Source of the DNA: an uncultured Poribacteria bacterium
GTDB taxonomy: Bacteria > Poribacteria > WGA-4E > WGA-3G
Direction: 5' to 3'
Length of the DNA stretch: 64,000 nucleotides
Assembly (NCBI GenBank): GCA_958296135.2
Contig: CATQHZ020000001.1
Coordinates: 1,760,001 to 1,824,000, forward strand
Numbering within the stretch: the first letter of the stretch is position 1; each line of letters starts with the position of its first letter. Under the pieces are notes generated by a model that saw only the letters and a list, made by a program, of their open reading frames with translations, searched no databases and had not been told where the DNA came from. Below are positions 48,063-58,807 of this stretch, one piece after another. The translations under genes and the position numbers were made by a program.

Positions 48063-49100
48063 ATGTATAAAAGCGCGATGTTAGGGTGCGGTGGGCGTGC
48101 CCGAGCGCATGCAGCTGCATATCGCTTCGTCAACGGCGGGAAACTCGCCGCTATTTGTGATATGAACACCGAGTTACTCAACAAATTCGGGGACGATTTC
48201 GGCATATCGGCGCGCTACACCGACTTAGACGAGATGTTGGAGAAGGAGAAACCGGATGTCCTTCATATCGTCACCGCACCGGTGCTACGCGGTAGCAATG
48301 AGCGCATCCGTTACCCGCTGATGAAACAGGCATCCGACCACGGGGTGCCAGCCGCCATCGTGGAAAAGCCGATTGCCGTGGAAAGCGAGGACTGGAAACA
48401 GATCGCCGCCCTCGCTGACAACACCGCCACGAAGTTCGTTGTTAACACGCAACTTAACTTCCACCCGCAAAACTTGGAGTTGAAACGCGATGTGGCAGAA
48501 GGCAGAATTGGTGACATCAAATTCATCGAGGCAGGCGCGCGTAGCACTCCTGTTGATCAGGCACCGCATGTGTTACAACTCGTATCATCTTATATTGACA
48601 ACTCGCGGCCGGTGCGGGTGCTCGGGCAGATTTCTGGGGCGGGGCCTTTAGATTCAACACAGCCCTCGCCGCAACACGCCGCCGCGCGCGTGCAGTATGA
48701 GAACGGACTGCACGTATCTGTTGCCTTTGGCGCGGATATCGCGCCACGGGCATCCGACAGTGACAGTACTGTCGCACATAAACGGGTTTTCGTCGTTGGG
48801 ACGAAAGGCTTCGTGCATTGGCGGTTCAGTAGCTGGGAGCGCGCCACGCAGGAAGGCGGCTATGAAGGCGGCCCACTCAACTATGGTGAACAAGATGTTG
48901 TCGCCCAAGGCAACCTCACTGAGGCTGTCTTCAACTGGCTCGATGATGAGAACAACGTGCATCCGACGCATCTCAAGCAGTCTCTCGCAGAATTCAACCT
49001 GCTGCTAGGGATTTATTACAGCGGCATCACCCACGAAATCATTGAGCTGCCGTTCGACCCGCCCGATGGGTTAATCGATTTACTCAGACAAGCGTTGTAA
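48063..49100 (+). CDS. Gfo/Idh/MocA oxidoreductase, tandem copy 1
   Basis: LGCGGRA, EKPIA, DQAPH. Confidence 0.88.
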   Translation: MYKSAMLGCGGRARAHAAAYRFVNGGKLAAICDMNTELLNKFGDDFGISARYTDLDEMLEKEKPDVLHIVTAPVLRGSNERIRYPLMKQASDHGVPAAIVEKPIAVESEDWKQIAALADNTATKFVVNTQLNFHPQNLELKRDVAEGRIGDIKFIEAGARSTPVDQAPHVLQLVSSYIDNSRPVRVLGQISGAGPLDSTQPSPQHAAARVQYENGLHVSVAFGADIAPRASDSDSTVAHKRVFVVGTKGFVHWRFSSWERATQEGGYEGGPLNYGEQDVVAQGNLTEAVFNWLDDENNVHPTHLKQSLAEFNLLLGIYYSGITHEIIELPFDPPDGLIDLLRQAL

Positions 49101-49130
49101 TTCCATTCTACTACAGAGGAGAAATTTTTC

Positions 49131-50168
49131 ATGTATAAAAGCGCGATGTTAGGGTGCGGTGGGCGTGCCCGAGCACATGCAGCTGCATATCGCTTCGTCA
49201 ATGGCGGGAAACTCGCCGCTATTTGTGATATGAACACCGAGTTACTCAACAAATTCGGGGACGATTTCGGCATATCGGCGCGCTACACCGACTTAGACGA
49301 GATGTTGGAGAAGGAGAAACCGGATGTCCTTCATATCGTCACCGCACCGGTGCTACGCGGTAGCAATGAGCGCATCCGTTACCCGCTGATGAAACAGGCA
49401 TCCGACCACGGGGTGCCAGCCGCCATCGTGGAAAAGCCGATTGCCGTGGAAAGCGAGGACTGGAAACAGATCGCCGCCCTCGCTGACAACACCTCTACGA
49501 AGTTCGTTGTTAACACGCAACTTAACTTCCACCCGCAAAACTTGGAGTTGAAACGCGATGTGGCAGAAGGCAGAATTGGTGACATTAAGTTCATTGATGC
49601 CAGCGCGCGTAGCACTCCTGTCGACCAGGGCCCGCATGTGTTGCAACTCGTCTCGTCCTACATTGACAACTCGCGGCCGGTGCGGGTGCTCGGGCAGATT
49701 TCTGGGCGCGAGCAGTTAGACTCAGCGCAGCCCTCGCCGCAATACGCCGCCGCGCGCGTGCAGTATGAGAACGGCCTGCATGTCTCCGTTGCATTCGGCA
49801 CAGCTATCGCCCCGACTGCATCCGAAGATCCGGTGGTTTACTTCCACAAACGGGTTTTCGTCGTCGGGACGAAGGGCTTCGTGCATTGGCGGTTCAGTAG
49901 CTGGGAGCGCGCCACGCAGGAAGGCGGCTATGAAGGCGGCCCACTCAACTATGGCGAACAAGATGTCGTCGCCCAAGGCAACCTCACCGAGGCTGTCTTC
50001 AACTGGCTCGATGATGAGAACAACGTGCACCCGACGCATCTCAAGCAGTCTCTCGCAGAATTCAACCTGCTGTTAGGGATTTACTACAGTGGCATCACGA
50101 ACGAGGTAATTGATTTGCCATTCGATCCGCCCGATGGGCTGATGGATTCACTTCGGGCACAGTTGTAA
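49131..50168 (+). CDS. Gfo/Idh/MocA oxidoreductase, tandem copy 2
   Basis: Same 345-aa length and near-identical; DQGPH. Confidence 0.88.
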   Translation: MYKSAMLGCGGRARAHAAAYRFVNGGKLAAICDMNTELLNKFGDDFGISARYTDLDEMLEKEKPDVLHIVTAPVLRGSNERIRYPLMKQASDHGVPAAIVEKPIAVESEDWKQIAALADNTSTKFVVNTQLNFHPQNLELKRDVAEGRIGDIKFIDASARSTPVDQGPHVLQLVSSYIDNSRPVRVLGQISGREQLDSAQPSPQYAAARVQYENGLHVSVAFGTAIAPTASEDPVVYFHKRVFVVGTKGFVHWRFSSWERATQEGGYEGGPLNYGEQDVVAQGNLTEAVFNWLDDENNVHPTHLKQSLAEFNLLLGIYYSGITNEVIDLPFDPPDGLMDSLRAQL

Positions 50169-50344
50169 GTGAAGTTTCACAAATGAATGGGGTGATTTTT
50201 AAGAGGCAAGGGTAAGGGCGGATGTCTCTCCGCCCTTACCCTCGTCCAAAACCACCTATTGATTTGTTTGAGCTTCATAAACAATCCGCCTTATGTTGTT
50301 TAGAATTGCGAGTTCCGGCAACCGGAGCGAGGAGAATCCGAATA

Positions 50345-50614
50345 ATGAACGCATATCAGTCATTTTCAAAATTTACGTTATTCGTCTTCGTTTTCCTCTT
50401 TTTCGGCATTCTCCCGCGCAATATCAACGGGGAACTCGTTGGCTATATCGGCAGCCGGAACGGACAAAACCATTTTGCCGGGGTTGTTGACGAGGTAGCG
50501 TTTTGGAATGAGGCAATTCCTGTGGAAGCATCGATGAACCCGCAGCCGGTCAAAGGACGCGACAAACTCGCGACAACCTGGGCTACCCTTAAGCGCAATG
50601 GATATTCAGACTGA
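50345..50614 (+). pseudogene. Internally deleted LamG gene remnant
   Basis: Signal peptide joined directly to F.GVVDEVAFWN...KLATTWATLKR; only 89 aa. Confidence 0.65.
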
Positions 50615-51449
50615 AAAATTCGAGAAACAAGGCTATCTTGTCGTGAAATCAGCACTGCACGAGGCAGCACTCGCGCCGTTAATCGCCGTTATCTCCAACG
50701 TGGTTGATACGCGTGCGCAAGAACTCCGCAACGCTGGCACCCTCTCAAACCTTCATGAGGCCCTGCCTTTTGAACACCGATGGCATGCTGTTCTTCACGA
50801 CTGCGGTAGGGAAAATGAGGTATTTGGATGGCATACGCTCGTTTTTAGCGAGGCACTCTTTAACCTGATAACGCACCCGAACGTGCTGGATGTCGTGGAA
50901 ATGCTGATTGGAAGCGACATCCAATTCAACGGCGATTTTTGGGTGCGCCCTAAACTGCCGAACGAAAAATTGACAACGCTGCCTTGGCATCAGGACAGCG
51001 CGTATATGCCTAAAACTGAAAAGGATACGCATCTCACCGTGTGGCTGCCCTTGGGAGATGTGACAGCGGAAAATGGCGCGATGCAATTCTTGACGGGAAG
51101 TCATAAGCGTGGGTTGCAAGCCTATCATCGCGTTGAAGGCGAAACGTTCGCCGTGCCGGTCCGCCCGCCTACTTCACACGCGGACGACATTGAGACCTTG
51201 GAGATGCAAAAGGGAGATCTGCTCATTTTTGACAATCTGGTGTTCCATCGTTCCTTACTAAACCGCAGCGATATTATCCGCTGGTCTGCAGATTTTCGGT
51301 TCAGTCGGGCAGGCACATCCCTAGATGGGCTCTGGCACGAAGCAATTGCCTGTCTTGTTCGTGCCTATGACAGCCAGCAGTGTCCAACTTCGTGGGCGGC
51401 ATGGCAAGCACAATGGGAAGCAAGTCCGCATAAAGGCAGATTCGTTTAG
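50598..51449 (+). CDS. PhyH family dioxygenase
   Basis: FEKQGY, WHQD, WLPL.D, GSH, FHRS..N, RWS.D.R. Confidence 0.9.
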   Translation: MDIQTEKFEKQGYLVVKSALHEAALAPLIAVISNVVDTRAQELRNAGTLSNLHEALPFEHRWHAVLHDCGRENEVFGWHTLVFSEALFNLITHPNVLDVVEMLIGSDIQFNGDFWVRPKLPNEKLTTLPWHQDSAYMPKTEKDTHLTVWLPLGDVTAENGAMQFLTGSHKRGLQAYHRVEGETFAVPVRPPTSHADDIETLEMQKGDLLIFDNLVFHRSLLNRSDIIRWSADFRFSRAGTSLDGLWHEAIACLVRAYDSQQCPTSWAAWQAQWEASPHKGRFV

Positions 51450-51474
51450 ACACACCGATTGAAGGAGAATAAAA

Positions 51475-52290
51475 ATGCGAGTGCTAATTATGTCGGATAT
51501 GGAAGGGGTTAGCGGCATTGTCGTGTGGGAACAGGTGAACGGCGGTGCCGCGATGTTTGAAGAAGGCCGGCACCTCTACACAGAAGAAATCAACGCCGCT
51601 GTGCGCGGTGCAAAAGCCGCCGGGGCGACAGAAATTGTCGTCGTCGATTGCCACGGTGCTGGGCAGGGCTGGACTTTTAATTCGCTCATCCCGGACAGGA
51701 TTCATCCCGATTGCGAGTGGGTAGCGCACCACGGGTGGGGACGTTACGACGAGATGTGGGAAAAAGGATGCGATGCATGTTTGCTCATCGGCATGCACGC
51801 CCGCAACGGAACACCCGACGGTGTCCTGTGCCACACTATCTCCACTGTCAAATACAGAAACCTCTGGTTTAACGATGCACTTGTCGGTGAAACGGGTGTG
51901 AACGCCGCGCTCAACGGGCACTATGGTGTCCCTGTCGTTCTCGTCACAGGCGATGAGGCAGTCTGCCGAGAAGCGAAGACGCTCCTCGGCGATTCCCTGC
52001 CAACTGTCGCTGTCAAAAGAGGACTCAGCCGGTATAGCGCGCGGCAACTCCCTCCCATCCGCGCTCGCGAACGGATTGAGGCAGCAGCCAAAAGCGCGCT
52101 CACCGGACGCATCGCAACGCAACCCTACGTGCCCGAAAAGCCAACGACAATCCGAATTGAACTCGACAGCGTTGATAAACTCGCCGATTTCAAAGGGCGG
52201 CAGGGGATTGAAATCACCGGGCCGCTCGCCGTTGAAAGCCGCGCGAAAGATTGGTTAACCGCGTGGAACCAATTCTGGCCCTACGCTTAG
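51475..52290 (+). CDS. M55 D-aminopeptidase (DppA-like)
   Basis: DMEG.SG, VDCHG, GMHA, HT, VTGD. Confidence 0.9.
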   Translation: MRVLIMSDMEGVSGIVVWEQVNGGAAMFEEGRHLYTEEINAAVRGAKAAGATEIVVVDCHGAGQGWTFNSLIPDRIHPDCEWVAHHGWGRYDEMWEKGCDACLLIGMHARNGTPDGVLCHTISTVKYRNLWFNDALVGETGVNAALNGHYGVPVVLVTGDEAVCREAKTLLGDSLPTVAVKRGLSRYSARQLPPIRARERIEAAAKSALTGRIATQPYVPEKPTTIRIELDSVDKLADFKGRQGIEITGPLAVESRAKDWLTAWNQFWPYA

Positions 52291-52326
52291 ATGCATCGCG
52301 ATTTCCGCGCGAAGGCGCACAGAATT

Positions 52327-52749
52327 TTAGGCATCCTCAAGAACGCTGAGCGGATCTCCCGAAGCGTCTTTTCGCTCCAAGATTTCAACCTCGTAACCGT
52401 CCGGGTCGGTGATGAACGCCATCTTCATGCCGCCGGACGTGAATTGCGCGCGCCATTCATCCGGCCAGATTTCAAGTCCGGCCCCCTCTAAACCGTCGCA
52501 AAACGCAACGATGTCCGGAACGCCGATTGCGAAATGCATCAGGTCTTCCTGAACGTTAAGTTCAAAATCCGGCGAGTAAGTGAGCTCCAACGTGTGCGCG
52601 TTCCCCGGCAGTTCCAGGTGCACGATCTGGTTGCCTGCCGGGGATTTATCGCTACGGCTGAGAACTTTGAATCCCAAATGGTTGCAATACCAATCGATTG
52701 AACCATCTAGATCGCTGACGCGAACCCGTGTGTGTAAAAAAATAGCCAT
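52327..52749 (-). CDS. VOC/glyoxalase (lactoylglutathione lyase-like)
   Basis: LHTRVRV.DL, LELTY, HFAIGV, FITDPDGYEVE. Confidence 0.88.
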   Translation of the reverse strand: MAIFLHTRVRVSDLDGSIDWYCNHLGFKVLSRSDKSPAGNQIVHLELPGNAHTLELTYSPDFELNVQEDLMHFAIGVPDIVAFCDGLEGAGLEIWPDEWRAQFTSGGMKMAFITDPDGYEVEILERKDASGDPLSVLEDA

Positions 52750-52859
52750 GTTCTTCTCCTTATTTTTCGGCTGACGCGCTTTGGAGGCGCGCCTACCGGC
52801 ACTTGATTAATAATGAAGACATGTTGACATACTCCGTGAATTTTGGCAAGACTATTATC

Positions 52860-52888
52860 TTGACACATTCTGCAGAACATCGTATAAT
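52860..52888 (+). promoter_or_regulatory. Consensus sigma70 promoter
   Basis: TTGACA-17 nt-TATAAT. Confidence 0.85.
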
Positions 52889-52925
52889 TCTGAAACGAGC
52901 CATTCTCCTCAGGAAGGAAACCGTC

Positions 52926-55900
52926 ATGAAACAAGCCGAGAATACTATCACGAGCCGTCTCGTGAGTCAACTCAATCGCATGGCAAATTGGACATTGCGC
53001 CAACAGCAAAAACCGCTCGCCGGCAACCAAAAACAGCCCGACGTGATGCTGACCCGGGCCGGACATGAACCCGTCGCCATTGAGGCAAAATGGGAAGACA
53101 ATCCCAAAGACGGCACCGAGCAAGTCCGCGGGTATCTCGGACAGCCCCTGAAACCCGAATACGCCACCATCGGCGAAACTCTCCGCGCGGCCATGGTTGT
53201 CCGTTATCCTACCTTCCTGCAGACTGTCGAGGATAGCGACATTGAGCGCGCCTTGTGCGAGACAGACGCACTGGAATATCTACTCATCGGGCAGCGCCAC
53301 GGCGAACCTTATCAATTCCCACGCGCCGGGTTTGCCAGCGGCACCCTCGCCGATATCGCGAATGCCCTCCACGTCGGCGCAGTGCCAAGCGAACGCATCG
53401 ATGCCGCCGCCCAGCAGATGGAACGCGACATCCATATCGCCGCCGAATGGCTCCTCGCGGCCCTGCCCGCAAAGCCTGCCATCGGCACCAACCTCCACCA
53501 CATCTTGGAGCAGGAACCCGGCGAGCAAACCGCACGGATGGCCTGCCTCATTCTCACCGACGCGTTCGTCTTCCAAAATGCTGTCGCCGGGCAGACAGGG
53601 CTGGAAGCAGTCCGTCCCCTCGCCTACTATAGAACCGAACCCCTGACGTGGACGGCCGTGGTAAAAGATTGGGAGACTATCCTGGCCCTCAACTACCAGC
53701 CGATTTTCAGAGATGCCCAACGGATGGTGAAAGCGGCGTTCATTTACGACGAGGCGATGTCGAACCGCGTGCTGAAAAAGTTGTGGGAGGCCGCCTGCAC
53801 CCTCGTCGCGTCGCACCTGCCGCAACTCCATGAATTAACCGGCGAAGTCTTCCAGAAACTCATCATTGACAGGCGATACGTCAAGGCAAACTATACGCTG
53901 CCGACAAGTGCAGCCCTGTTGTCGGCGTTAGTTTGTCCGAGCCTCCCCGAAGATGGCAGTCTGCCGAAGGTGGCAGACTATGCGTGTGGCACCGGTGCGC
54001 TGCTGAACGGCGTTTACAAACGCGTGCAACGCCTCTACGAACAGCAGACTGGGCTCGGTAGTGTGGAGATTCATCAGCAGATGCTGGAAAATCACCTCGC
54101 TGGCACAGACATCTACTCGCACTGCACGCATCTGACGTTCGCGGCGATGGCGAGTGCCCACCCCGAAATCACCCTGGGTGCGACGCGCGTCATCACTGCA
54201 CCTTACGGACAACAGCCCGATGGCACCTACAAAACCGGCTCGTTAGACTTGTTAGACAGCCAACTGCTGTTCGCGCCGATGGAAGCGGCAGGAGAACAAG
54301 TTACTGGTGATGACACTGCCACGGCGGAGTTGAAGCGCGAATTTCCCGATGGCGAGATGGATATCGTCATTATGAATCCGCCGTTTGCACGCCCTGGTGC
54401 AGATAGTTCCACCCGGGCGAGTAAAACCACTTTCAAGAGCTATGAGCATTCCGATGCTGTTAAAGATGAGATGCAAGAGGCGTTAGCACAAAAGGAGATT
54501 CGCGTAGCAAATGGGATTAACGGGCTCGGTTCATATTTCGTCGATATGGCAGACCGGAAATTGAAAGAGGGGGGTGTGATGGGTTTCATCCTCCTGTCAA
54601 CGATTTTAACGGGCGCGAGCATGAACAAGGTTAGGCGTATGCTGGCGGAGGAATATCACGACGTGCTAGTGTCAACCATCGCGGGTGCGAGTGGCCATGA
54701 CAGCGCGTTTTCTGCGGATACGAGCATGGCAGAATGCATCATCGTAGCGACGAAAGGGGTAGGCGCGAACACGGGGCGCGCGAAATTTGTCTGTCTCTCC
54801 GAGCGTCCCAATAGTCTGCTGTCGGCACAGACGTTAGCAGAAAGCATTCGTCGTCAACCTGTCACACGGAGGTTGGAAGACGCGCCGCACGGCAGCGATG
54901 ACTTGATGGTTGGGGATGTCTGTATGGGACAAATTTTAGATTGTCCCATTGACGAAAACGAGTGGGGAGTTTCGCGTGTAGCCTCAATGTCGCTAGTGCA
55001 GACAGCCTATCACATCCGGCGAGGGCAGCTGCACCTACCACAGATGCTAGATGGAAACGACATTCCCGTGTGCCAACTAGGCGAGGTTGCAGAAGTGGGA
55101 TATAGCCATCGCGATATCAAAGACAAAGGCAAGCGTGGGGCGTTTGAGTTGCGCGAGCGCGCATCGGGCACACAAGACGGCTACGATGCGTTGTGGGAGG
55201 TAAATGCCCCCCTGCAGCGGGCGATGGTGACTGAGCCGGATTACAAAGCCAAAATCAAACCCGATAATCTTGACAAAGCGCGGCGAATTCTGGAACGCAG
55301 CACTCGCACGCATTATCACGTCAATTTGCGTTATAACGCGAATTCGGCGATTGCTTCATGGACAGAGCATCCAAGTATCGGTATCACTTCGCTGAAGAAC
55401 GTGAACTTGGGAGATGTCCGATACGAAGCCGCGTGGACACTCTGGTGCAATTCTACATTAGGCTTGCTGTGTCACTGGATGCATTGCGGAAAGCAGCAAC
55501 CGGGGCGCAGTAGAATGGATCTTACAAGCCTCGCGGGACTTCATACTGTGGACGTACGGGAACTCACCGACGAGCAGTTGCAAGCGGCGGATGCGGTGTT
55601 CGCTGACTTGAAATCCTATCGGATGCTGCCCTACAACGAGTGCCACCGCGATGCATGGCGGCATGTGTTGGATGCACGGTTGTTGGCTGAGGTGTTAGGC
55701 ATCACCGACCCGGGTGTCCACGAGGCGATGCAGACGCTGCGCGAGTTGCTCTCCGCTGAGCCGAGCATCCGCGGCACCAAGAAATCCACGTGTGATTTAG
55801 CCAAGGAACGTAAAAAGCACCGCCTCCCCGGCACCGATGCGTCAGACAACAGCGCGCTAGCCTCGGCACAGCAGCAGTTGGCAGCACGCGGTATTCCCTT

Positions 55901-56006
55901 ACCTGTCATCAAGGCCGCACCGGTGCAGGCGAAGAAGGCGAACCCTACCGAGCCGTTGCTTCCGCCGAATGTTGTGCCGTTCACACCGAGCCGGGCGCGT
56001 CTCTAG
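52926..56006 (+). CDS. Type IIG restriction-modification enzyme (nuclease + amino-MTase + target-recognition domain)
   Basis: QPD...IEAK, NYT, DYACGTG, MNPPF; AAGGAA SD before MKQAE. Confidence 0.82.
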   Translation: MKQAENTITSRLVSQLNRMANWTLRQQQKPLAGNQKQPDVMLTRAGHEPVAIEAKWEDNPKDGTEQVRGYLGQPLKPEYATIGETLRAAMVVRYPTFLQTVEDSDIERALCETDALEYLLIGQRHGEPYQFPRAGFASGTLADIANALHVGAVPSERIDAAAQQMERDIHIAAEWLLAALPAKPAIGTNLHHILEQEPGEQTARMACLILTDAFVFQNAVAGQTGLEAVRPLAYYRTEPLTWTAVVKDWETILALNYQPIFRDAQRMVKAAFIYDEAMSNRVLKKLWEAACTLVASHLPQLHELTGEVFQKLIIDRRYVKANYTLPTSAALLSALVCPSLPEDGSLPKVADYACGTGALLNGVYKRVQRLYEQQTGLGSVEIHQQMLENHLAGTDIYSHCTHLTFAAMASAHPEITLGATRVITAPYGQQPDGTYKTGSLDLLDSQLLFAPMEAAGEQVTGDDTATAELKREFPDGEMDIVIMNPPFARPGADSSTRASKTTFKSYEHSDAVKDEMQEALAQKEIRVANGINGLGSYFVDMADRKLKEGGVMGFILLSTILTGASMNKVRRMLAEEYHDVLVSTIAGASGHDSAFSADTSMAECIIVATKGVGANTGRAKFVCLSERPNSLLSAQTLAESIRRQPVTRRLEDAPHGSDDLMVGDVCMGQILDCPIDENEWGVSRVASMSLVQTAYHIRRGQLHLPQMLDGNDIPVCQLGEVAEVGYSHRDIKDKGKRGAFELRERASGTQDGYDALWEVNAPLQRAMVTEPDYKAKIKPDNLDKARRILERSTRTHYHVNLRYNANSAIASWTEHPSIGITSLKNVNLGDVRYEAAWTLWCNSTLGLLCHWMHCGKQQPGRSRMDLTSLAGLHTVDVRELTDEQLQAADAVFADLKSYRMLPYNECHRDAWRHVLDARLLAEVLGITDPGVHEAMQTLRELLSAEPSIRGTKKSTCDLAKERKKHRLPGTDASDNSALASAQQQLAARGIPLPVIKAAPVQAKKANPTEPLLPPNVVPFTPSRARL

Positions 56007-56151
56007 GCGGGCCGCGCGAGGGCGCACAACCGGGCTGTCCTGCGCGAGGCTGCGTATAATTTTGTCAGATTCAAAACTACGTTCACTTAAGGATTTCCCC
56101 GACGAAGAACTCGTCGGCTACACCCGCGCAAAACATTAACGGAAACGAAAA

Positions 56152-57519
56152 ATGAGAAAAACCGATAAACCCAACGTCCTCTTTATCATGGCGGACCAGC
56201 ACCGATACGACTATCTTGAATCGGCTGAGGACGCACCCGCAGCACTCCATACCCCCAATCTACGGCGACTCGCGGAACGGGGAACCCATTTCCCAAACTG
56301 CACTACGAACGCCCCGGTTTGCGCACCCGCACGCATCGCTTTGGCTACCGGACTACAACCTTCGCGCGTCGGCGCACTGGATAACGGATGCTTCCTCCCG
56401 GCCACCGTGCCTACCTATTACCAAAGACTTCGCGATAACGGATACCGCGTCGGATGTGTCGGTAAACTTGACTTGGCAAAACCGGACGGTTACAACGGCC
56501 GCTACGGCGACAGACCGCGGGCTTACAGCTGGGGTTTCACACACCCCGAAGAATGTGAAGGCAAAATGCATGCCGGCAGCTCGCCAACGCCCATCGGCCC
56601 CTATACCCATTATCTGGAGGAAAAAGGCCTGCTGCAGGCGTTTCACGAAGATTATCGGAAACGGAGTTCTCGCGGATGGATCAAAGGCGGTTCCTACGAC
56701 TCTGTTCTTCCAACGGAGGATTTTGCGGATACCTACATCGGCAGACGCGCGACAGAGTTCATTCAGCATATCCCGGAGGACTTCCCGTGGCACTTGTTCG
56801 TCAGTTTCGTCGGCCCGCACGATCCGTTCGATCCGCCTACGGAATACGCCGATAAGTATCGCGACGCAGCCATGCCGCCGCCCATTGCGGGTGCCCTGAA
56901 CGGAAAACCAGAGTGGGTGAGGAAGCGCGTCGTTGATATGACACCGGAGGAAATTGCAGTCACGCGACAGCAATACTGCGCCGCGACCGAGTTGATTGAC
57001 GCGCAAATCGGTGCGATGCTGACTGCGCTGGAACAACGCGGCATGCTTGAAAACACCTATATCCTCTACACCAGCGACCACGGTGAAATGCTCGGCGACC
57101 ACGGGCTTTACACGAAAAGCGTGGCGTATGAGGCATCGCTGCGGGTGCCACTGCTCGCCGCGGGACCTGGCATAGAAGCCGGCCGCACTTCGCATGCATT
57201 GGTTGAACTCATCGATCTGAACCCGACGATTTGCGAAGTGGCAGGCGTGCCGGTGCTAGAGAACATTGATGCGCGTTCTATTGCATCGGTGTTGCGCGGT
57301 GAGACCGGCATGCATCGCACAGAAACCGTCAGCGCGCTCCGAAACTTCCGGTGTATCCGTACTGCCACCCATAAACTGATTGAAACCTACAACGATGTCA
57401 CGGAACTCTATGATTTATCAGCCGATCCGATGGAGTTGCATAACATCGCTCAGACAGAACGCAAATTGGTAGGGCAGCTGCGAGCGCGGTTGGGGCAGCG
57501 TTTCCGAACAGAGTTATGA
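56152..57519 (+). CDS. Sulfatase (formylglycine type)
   Basis: PNVLFIMADQ, CAPAR..L.TG, PHDP, TSDHG, ELYDL..DP.E..N. Confidence 0.93.
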   Translation: MRKTDKPNVLFIMADQHRYDYLESAEDAPAALHTPNLRRLAERGTHFPNCTTNAPVCAPARIALATGLQPSRVGALDNGCFLPATVPTYYQRLRDNGYRVGCVGKLDLAKPDGYNGRYGDRPRAYSWGFTHPEECEGKMHAGSSPTPIGPYTHYLEEKGLLQAFHEDYRKRSSRGWIKGGSYDSVLPTEDFADTYIGRRATEFIQHIPEDFPWHLFVSFVGPHDPFDPPTEYADKYRDAAMPPPIAGALNGKPEWVRKRVVDMTPEEIAVTRQQYCAATELIDAQIGAMLTALEQRGMLENTYILYTSDHGEMLGDHGLYTKSVAYEASLRVPLLAAGPGIEAGRTSHALVELIDLNPTICEVAGVPVLENIDARSIASVLRGETGMHRTETVSALRNFRCIRTATHKLIETYNDVTELYDLSADPMELHNIAQTERKLVGQLRARLGQRFRTEL

Positions 57520-57576
57520 ACGCGCCTATAGACATTCAGGTGCTAACTAACAGCCCTTGAATCGGAGTTATTTCTT

Positions 57577-58800
57577 TTGAGATTTGACGCAAATCGGGCG
57601 TATCAGCATGTCAGGCAAATCGCATTTCCGCGCCTCGTTGGAAGCGTGGGTGAGACGAAGGCGCGAGAATATATCGTCCAGCACTTCAGGGACTTGGGCC
57701 TGCATGTCGTGCGAGAGCCCTTCCATTTCACAACATTCCCTGCGGAAGTGCTACCCCGTATCCTCTGTGCTATTTTCACCCTGGTAGTGTTCATCGTGCC
57801 GTGGCTCGGCGAACGGTTTCCGGTGCTGGCGTGCCTCCTCTGTTTGGGGAGCCTCGCCGTGGCGATGGTATTCACGCAGTGGCAACAATGGCTAGAAACG
57901 CTATATGATGTTGGCAAAAAGCATCGTTCAGAAAATGTTATCGCCAGGGATGACGTGCCTCAGACAGAGGGGACAACTACCCTACTTTTCGTGGCACATT
58001 ACGACTCCAAATCGCAGGTACTACCGATTGCAGTGCGAGCGGTAGCCTACGGTATCGCAATTGCCGGGCTCATCTGCCTCTCTAGTCTAACGCTTGCGAA
58101 GGTACTCTTCCACCTTTGGTTACCCGCTAGGTTTTTGTGGGGCATCGCGGGAACTACCGTTTTCGGGTTGTTGCTGTTACAGTTCAATGTCACGCAAAAC
58201 CGTTCGCCGGGTGGTTTTGATAACGCTTCGGGCATCGGCGTTCTCTTGGAGTTAGCCCGGTCCTGTAAGGAAGGATTTCCAGATGCCTCCATCCCTAAAA
58301 TGCCTCAAAAACCTCGCTGCATCTTTCTCGCCACCGGTGCAGAAGAATACGGGTTATGCGGTGCCCTGCGTTATATCCAACGGCATGCTGATGCCTACGA
58401 ACGCAGCTTAACCTACGTCATTAACCTTGATGGACTTGGGGTGGGTAATTCGGTGAACGCTATCATACGCTATGGAATTCCGCCGGTTCGCACAGCACAG
58501 AAACTCGCTGAGGCCCTTCGCGCATCAGGCAAGGGGCTCGGTATCAAGGTTACGGAACGCTACTCTCCTATCGGTATAGGATTTGACAGTATACCCATCG
58601 CGAGTCGTGGATTTGAAGCAGTCACGCTCACGTCGGGAGATGTTAGCAAGGTTGCGTTAAAAGTTCATTCCAAACACGACCGGGGCGAACTACTCGACGT
58701 GGAAAGTTTACAATGCGTAGGTGAATTAATTGTCAATTTCATTGAACACACCCGCAAAACCAACGAATCCGCAAGTAGTCAAACCACGATTGCAGCGTGA
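57577..58800 (+). CDS. Membrane-embedded M28 family peptidase
   Basis: AHYDSK, DNASG, GAEEYGL.G, NLD, VHS..D, plus four TM segments. Confidence 0.85.
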   Translation: MRFDANRAYQHVRQIAFPRLVGSVGETKAREYIVQHFRDLGLHVVREPFHFTTFPAEVLPRILCAIFTLVVFIVPWLGERFPVLACLLCLGSLAVAMVFTQWQQWLETLYDVGKKHRSENVIARDDVPQTEGTTTLLFVAHYDSKSQVLPIAVRAVAYGIAIAGLICLSSLTLAKVLFHLWLPARFLWGIAGTTVFGLLLLQFNVTQNRSPGGFDNASGIGVLLELARSCKEGFPDASIPKMPQKPRCIFLATGAEEYGLCGALRYIQRHADAYERSLTYVINLDGLGVGNSVNAIIRYGIPPVRTAQKLAEALRASGKGLGIKVTERYSPIGIGFDSIPIASRGFEAVTLTSGDVSKVALKVHSKHDRGELLDVESLQCVGELIVNFIEHTRKTNESASSQTTIAA

Positions 58801-58807
58801 TTCATCG

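Noticed and set aside
48063-50168. Diversity-generating retroelement TR/VR pair
   Set aside because: Both are full genes, differences are not adenine-specific and no RT is present in the window.
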